The notes under the pieces were generated by a model that saw nothing but the letters and a program-made list of their open reading frames with translations, made no database searches and was not told where the DNA came from. This document shows, piece by piece, positions 55,784-64,000 of a stretch of DNA of 64,000 nt. Positions within the stretch are counted from its first letter, which is position 1, and each line of letters begins with the position of its first letter. A program made the position numbers and the translations under genes. Source of the DNA: Octopus vulgaris (taxonomy: Eukaryota); NCBI GenBank assembly GCA_951406725.2, contig OX597832.1, forward strand, positions 25,296,001 to 25,360,000, written 5' to 3'.

Positions 55784-56326
55784 TGTATGTATGTATATAT
55801 ATATGTGTGTGTGTGTGTATGAGAGGCAGTGATGAAATGGGGCAACTTTCTAATAGGACCAATATGTTTTGTAATAGCACCATTTACCAATGTTGAGTTC
55901 TTTGTCCATTACGCAAACTAATATGAACATCATAATGCATTTTTGATTTCCTTCTCAAGTCTACTCTTTCCATATAGAATATTATATAATTGAGTGCCTA
56001 AGTAACGTTACAAACGCATGCATGTATAGTGTATATATATATATACACTCACTCACATACTCAGGTATCTATTTATATACATGTACACATGAAAAGTGAT
56101 GAGGATGCTTTGTGTATGTATGTATAAATTCTCACAAACACATACACACATACATATGGATACATATGTATATATTATATATATGTATATGTGTGTATAT
56201 ATATATATATATAAATGCATACATATACATATATATAATAAATATATGTATATGTGTATATATATATATATATATTATATGCATATGTGTATATATAAAT
56301 ATATATTTTTGTATTATATATGTATG

Positions 56327-56372
<46 letters not shown>

Positions 56373-56437
56373 TTTTAACTTCAAATAATTGAATACAACT
56401 TGGCAGTATGAATATAATCAGTACACACAAACACTCA

Positions 56438-56499
<62 letters not shown>

Positions 56500-56514
56500 C
56501 ATATACATATATCG

Positions 56515-56547
<33 letters not shown>

Positions 56548-56930
56548 TGTATGGGTGGATGTATGTATGTGTGTATGAGAGGCAGTGACGAAATGGGGCA
56601 ACTTTCTAATAGGACCAATATGTTTTGTAATAGCACCATTTACCAATGTTGAGTTCTTTGTCCATTACGCAAACTAATATGAACATCATAATGCATTTTT
56701 GATTTCCTTCTCAAGTCTACTCTTTCCATATAGAATATTATATAATTGAGTGCCTAAGTAACGTTACAAACGCATGCATGTATAGTGTATATATATATAT
56801 ACACTCACTCACATACTCAGGTATCTATTTATATACATGTACACATGAAAAGTGATGAGGATGCTTTGTGTATGTATGTATAAATTCTCACAAACACATA
56901 CACACATACATATGGATACATATGTATATA
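55393..56930. repeat. tandem duplication, unit about 770 bp
   Basis: Unique segments (ttggttttaacttcaaataattg..., gagaggcagtga(t/c)gaaatgggg...catatggatac) occur twice, near-identical apart from microsatellite lengths. Confidence 0.9.
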
Positions 56931-57219
56931 TATATATATACGTATATATTTGTATATATATATATATATATATATGCATACAAATATATTATATATATTT
57001 ACTCTCTTTTTGCTCTTTTACTTGTTCCAGTCATGTGACTGTGGCCATGCTGGAGCACCGCGTTTAATCGAGCAGATCGACCCCAGGACTTATTCTTTGT
57101 AAGCCTAGTACTTATGCTATCGGTCTCTTTTGCTGAACCGCAAAGTTACGGGGACGTAAACACACCAGCATCGGTTGTCAAGCGATTTTGAGGGGACAAA
57201 GACAGACACGCAAACATAC

Positions 57220-57258
<39 letters not shown>

Positions 57259-59408
57259 TCAAAAGACTCCGCCGGTTCCGACGACGAGGGTCCCAGCTGA
57301 TACGATCAACGGAACAGCTTGCTCGTGAAATTAACGTGCAAATGGCTGAGCATTGCACAGACACGCGTACCCTTATCGTAGTTCTCGGGGATAATCAGCG
57401 TGACACAAAGAGTGACAAGGCTGACCCTTTGAAATACAAGTACAACTCATTTTTGCCAGCTGAGTGGACTGGAGCAACGTGAAATAAAGTGTCTTGCTCA
57501 AGGACACAACGCGTCGCCAGGAATCGAACTCACAACCTTACGATCATGAGCCGAATGCCCTAACCACTAAGCCACGCGCCCTCACTATATATATATATAT
57601 ATATATACATATATACGACGGGCGTCTTTCAGTTGCCGTCTACCAAAGAATGAATTGTGAAGTCGACTTGGGTGGAATTTGAACGTAGAACATATATATA
57701 TATATATACTCTGAAGTAATACCACCTGTAATTTTTCCCGAGGTCTTGACGATTCTGCCAGTTCAAGGCCTCATAAGTACTTCTAATATTGGCGCAAGGC
57801 CAGCAACTTTATTGTGGGGGGGGGGGAGGGGGGGTGGTATTAATACTTCATTTCAGATACCCCAGCGGAATGAACATGAAAGTTGAATCTCGTCGGGATT
57901 TGAAACACAGAAAATAAACGACCGGAACAAGCAATAGTTTTTTTTTCCGACGCATTAACGATTCAGCCATTTCATACACGTTCAATCACGTTGTCCAACA
58001 ATAATAATGATGAAGATGAAGATGAAGATGAATATAGTAACGATGATGATGGTGATGACAATGGCGACAGCGACTACGATTCTCATCATTTTTTCAATTA
58101 TTATCATTATTGTTGTTGTTGTTGTTGTTGTTTTTAATTTTGTTGTTGTTGTTGCTACTGTTGTTGTTGTTGTTGTTGTGGTTGTTATTGAATATCTGAA
58201 TCGTGGCGGATAAATGCCAATTTTAATCTCCTTTATTAAAACATATTTCTTTTGTTAAAGGTCAAAGTTCATTGCATACGAAAAGATAACCACAGCACCA
58301 CCAACACCAACACCACCACCACCACTGCCACCACCGTATCACACGCATCACCATCACCACCGCCAACAAAAACAACAACAAAAACAACATCATAACCCAA
58401 CCGTACCAAACATTTCCCTAAACTACAACAGTGTCACTATGGCCACCACCACCAACACTACCACCAACACCCTCACCATCGCCATCACCATCGTCAACAC
58501 TACCAAAAGCACCGAGAACTCCAGTCCACCATCACCATTATCACAACTATCTTCGTCGCCACCGACACCACCATCGCCAATAGCAATCCTCCACCATCAC
58601 GACGAACACCGATACAGATTGTTACTCCTCTTCCTCCTCCTCCTCCTCCTCCTCATTATCATCATCATCATCATTCTCCTCCTACTCCTAATCATCCTCC
58701 TCCTCATTATCATCATCACTATCCTCTACTATTTCTTCTACTTCTTTCTCACTTCAATCTTCCCCCTCCTCCTCCTCCTCTTCATCCTCACCCTCATCAT
58801 CCTCATCCACATCTCCCTCATCCTCCTCCGCTTCCTCCACCTTCCTTTCTACACTCTTTATATCATGCTGTTTCACTCCCCTCCCCTTTCTCGTATAGGT
58901 CAATGATTTTTTAAAAAATCTTTTTATTTTCCTCTCATCTCTCACTCCGCCTATTCCTCTCCTCCTCCTCCTCCTCCTCCTCCTCCACCTCCACCTCCTC
59001 TCCCCCTTTATGTTTCGCTGATTTTCTCCACGATTCCTTTTAATCTTTTTTCTTTCTTTTACTTCATCCCTGTCAACTTCTACCTACAATAGAGAAATTT
59101 AATAAGTGCACTTTCTCGTCACACCAGGTATGTATATGCGTGTGCGCGCGCGCAGATGTGTGTCTGGGGTGCGTGTTTAATACACACACACATATATATA
59201 TATACATATGTATATACATATATGTACATGTATAGATATACATACATAAATATATGCACATACATTCATATGTATATATATATATACATACATATATACA
59301 TGTATACATATACATATATGTATATGTACATACATTCATATGTATATATATACATATATATATATATACTTATATACATATATGTATATATATATGTACA
59401 TACATACT

Positions 59409-59448
<40 letters not shown>

Positions 59449-59530
59449 TATATACGTATGTACATATACATATGTACATATATATACATATATCTATCTA
59501 CCTATGTATCTATCTATCTATCTATCTATC

Positions 59531-59561
<31 letters not shown>

Positions 59562-59616
59562 ATGTATATATATATATGTTAATATATATACACGTGTGTG
59601 TATATATATATATATA

Positions 59617-59664
<48 letters not shown>

Positions 59665-59684
59665 TATACATACATACAAACATC

Positions 59685-59756
<72 letters not shown>

Positions 59757-61569
59757 AAGAGAGTGGGAGAGATGAGAGTGTGTGAGATGTACATGCATAC
59801 GCACACATTGTTTACCACTATTCACCGACGTTCCCCTCTCAGTTTTTTATGTAGTTTGCGGCTGTTGCTTTGCCTTAACATTTGCCGTTATTATTGTCAT
59901 AATCTTGACACTGGCGATGATGATACAACAACAACAACAACAACAACAATAGCAACAACAACGACGACGACGACTAAAATGATGACGACAATGATGACGG
60001 TGCTTCATGTAAAAAGTGGATATGTCATACTTGTCAGTATTATTGTTGCTGCTGTTGCAGTTGATGTTGTTCTTGTTGCAGTCAACGTTGTTGTTGTGTT
60101 TGCCAATTTATTTAAGCATTTCATAAACTTTGATATATAAACTCATATCTTTCGTCTGAAATTAAACATTTTATCTTGGAAAGTAAATGTGAACCACTAT
60201 GCCCCACCTTAACTTACTTCACCTCACCTATTCTAACTCCAGCAGACCTCCTTGCATTTTGCTTATCAAAGTTATGGCCGTTTCATGTTATTACTATTTA
60301 TCGGTTTCTATTTATCGAACAGTTTTTGCCGTAAAAGGATTTACTTTTGATGCACGGATAAATACTTATAAACACAAACGCACACAAATACACATAGACA
60401 CCCGCATGTACACATACACTAAAAGATTTACATGTTCCCCGATCATGAATATTGAATATTGACATTTCGTCACCGCCTGATGAATTAAACGGTCGCCGAA
60501 ACGTATGTTCATCCTTGTGGAAACTTTGATGTAACAATTTCCAAATGTTCTTTATATGCTGTGGCAGTGTTTTGTTTTCTTCATTAAATTTCTTTCCTTT
60601 ATTTAGAATTGTGGTTCCTTTATTTAGAATTGCGGAATAGTCACCTATTGGAGGATAAAATTCATTCAACTCCATCGAGTATTGATCCTTTTTAGTCTAT
60701 TGCTTCAATCAGTTTCGGAAATCCTAATTATTCTAGCTGTCTTTCATTCCTTAACTAAGAGGCAAAATAAATTCGAAATATCTTGTGATCTTCCCTACGA
60801 ACTAATTATTGACAACACATTGGCGTCCTCTGTTTTAGTTTGATTTCGGATTCTGTGATGCGCATAAGAAAACGACGAGTTGATCACGGCTGTAGCGCCT
60901 TTGATCATAAATTTGCTGGATCAAGGATGACCTGAGGCTGCAGAACAACATATTTTCTTCGTCCTCTTCTTTCCAACGGATTCACACACACTTTCTTATT
61001 TCTAGTCTCCTTTCACATTCAACCTTTAACGTTCCATCACCTCTCTCTCTACCCATCTCTCTCCCAATCTCTTCCTCACGGTCTCTCCCTCATGCTCTCT
61101 CCCTCTCCTTCTTTCTCCCACGTCTCTCTCTTTCTCGCTCTCATTCACAAAAGTCTCTAGCTTTCTCTATATAGATGTATCCTTTATATTTTTCTCTCTA
61201 TCGTTTCCTATTCTCTCTCTGTTTCTCGAACTCCCCCTCTCATTCTATGACAATCCAAAAGTTCACCGTTATATCGCGTTCTCCACCGCCTCTTTCTCTG
61301 TCTCTTTCCCTATTCTTGCATGTATCCATATATACATACACACACATATATATATATATATAGATATTTATATATACATGTATATATACATATCTCTCTC
61401 TCTCTATATATATATACATATATACACACATACATATATATATATACATTCATACATGTATATATACACGTATGTATGTATGTATGTATGTATGTATATG
61501 TGAATGTATGTATTTATGAATCTAATGTATATATGTGTATATATATATATATATATATGTGTCTGTGTG

Positions 61570-61609
<40 letters not shown>

Positions 61610-62173
61610 GAGAGAGAGAGAGAAAGAAAGAGAGAGAGAGATAGACAGATAGAGAGATAGATAGATAGACATACATACATGCATGCATGCATACGTACAT
61701 GCATACATACATGCGTACGTACGTACATACATACATACATGCGTACGTACAAGAACGTTGCAAAATTTCATTTAGCTTATCTTCCCCAACCCCTAACCAC
61801 CGCATCAAACCAATCCTAAACTGTGTTTTTGTATTTTCCTTTCATCATGCACTTCGCCCCCAATCACCCATTCTCATCATCCACTCCTCCAGTAACATTT
61901 GCATTGACATCACCACCACCACAGCCACCACCACCACCACCACCACCACCGCGGACGAAATTTGCTCATTTTGACGTCTTCACATCCTTAACTTATTTAC
62001 TGTTTCCTAATTCTCCACAAAAAAAAAAATCCCTACCTACTTACATACCTACCTTCGCTCCATCCTCTCAAAACGCGTTTCAAAGTTCACACACAATCCC
62101 TACGCAGCACCGCAACACACACCCAGCAAAACATACATACATACTTACATCTATATACATATAAATATATTTA

Positions 62174-62240
<67 letters not shown>

Positions 62241-62364
62241 GTATATACATATACATACATATATATACATGGATATACATATACATACATATATACCTGT
62301 ATATACATATATATGCATATATACATATATATATATATATATACATATATATATGTATATATGC

Positions 62365-62407
<43 letters not shown>

Positions 62408-63459
62408 GCATATATATATATATATATGAAACAGCGTCGGCGATGCCACCTCTACCATAACCGTATTACCATTAAAAACACTTTTTACATGGTCGTCTGC
62501 TAGTTTTCCCACCTTCTCCATTTTTATATGATTTTTGAAAAATATTTTGATTTTTACAAGTTCTTTTAAAGTGGCAATTGCCTTATTATTTCACACTTTC
62601 TACACGTTTGCCATTTATTTTCAACCTTTCGGCTTTTTTACTTCCAAATATTTTATTTTTATAACATTCTAATTTATTCCATCGAATTTCGAATATGTTT
62701 GTTTTTCTCGCGTCTTAATTTATATGTGAATGTTTGTGTTTTGATGCGTATACAAACATATATACATATATACATATATACAAACATTGATAAGCATATA
62801 TATATTTATGTACATAGAGAGACGTTCAACCTTTCACAGATACAGGTATACACACGCGTATATATATGGCGAGAGTGTTTGTACATGTGCATGGAGTTCA
62901 TACATAGATATAGGTGTATATATGTACATACGCACGTACATTTACATAGAAATGCATATACGTATCTAAATATATTAGAGATAGTTGAATAGTTATATAG
63001 ATATATACATAAACAGCCTCACACTATATGAATATACACACACATTCATAAGTTATTGTAGTAAATATTGTAATGTATATTTAATTATATATGTCTATCT
63101 ATCTATATATCTATCTATCTATCTGTCTGTCTATATATATGAGTATGTATATGTCTGTGTATGCATGTATATATATATACGTGTGTGTGTATGTATGTAT
63201 GTATAAGTGCACGTGTTAGCGTATATATGGAATAATAACCATGCACACATATGTGTTAGTATGTATGTATGTATGTATGTATGTACGCATGTATGTATAC
63301 ATGTATATATTAATACGCTCGAATATATATGTGTGTGTGCGTGTGTATATCTATCTATCTACCAATCTATTTATCTACCTATCTATTTATCTATTTACAC
63401 ACACATATATATATGTGTGTGTTTATACATATGCATATGTATATTTACATATACATACA

Positions 63460-63501
<42 letters not shown>

Positions 63502-63557
63502 ATCTATCTATCTATCAATCTATCTATCTATCTATCTAATCTATCTATCTATCTATC

Positions 63558-63659
<102 letters not shown>

Positions 63660-63686
63660 GCATATATATATAAATATAAATATATG

Positions 63687-63739
<53 letters not shown>

Positions 63740-63876
63740 CAATACATATGTATGCATGCATTCACATCTCTCTCTTTTTCTCTATTCCTCTCCTCACCTC
63801 TCCTTCCCTACACCCTCTCTCTATGAATCTGCTGGTATATATATATGTATATACATATATATATATATACATATAA

Positions 63877-63927
<51 letters not shown>

Positions 63928-63952
63928 CATAAACATATATATATATATATGC

Positions 63953-63987
<35 letters not shown>

Positions 63988-64000
63988 CATATATATATAA

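Noticed and set aside
60472-60510. CTGATGA...GAAACGTA hammerhead-like spacing
   Set aside because: Neither stem I nor stem II can pair. At best it is a heavily decayed relic.

Overview
Extremely microsatellite- and SINE-rich eukaryotic DNA. The repeat content looks like coleoid cephalopod (Octopus-like) genome; this is an inference. Almost all ORFs in the supplied track are simple-repeat artefacts. The one real host gene is on the minus strand: an NR2E nuclear receptor of the dissatisfaction (dsf) type. It has three confidently spliced exons (21257-21337, 18230-18391, 16381-16754) encoding the whole C4 zinc-finger DBD, the hinge and the start of the LBD, plus a candidate first exon (23362-23539). 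The remaining LBD exons were not found and probably lie beyond position 1. The rest is tRNA-derived SINEs (at least 4 families), LINE fragments (Tx1/L1, RTE, CR1-like, Dong-like), a non-autonomous Helitron, a hAT MITE and a mariner derivative. Most notable are several minimal type I hammerhead-ribozyme (HHR) motifs from unrelated sequence families. One of these belongs to a composite element made of a tRNA-like Pol III head, an (AAT)n tract and an HHR tail, which occurs head-to-tail like a retrozyme or SINE. No single HHR copy is fully canonical. The window also has a 35-bp near-perfect hairpin of pre-miRNA size and recurrent fold-back palindromes centred on (TA)n tracts.
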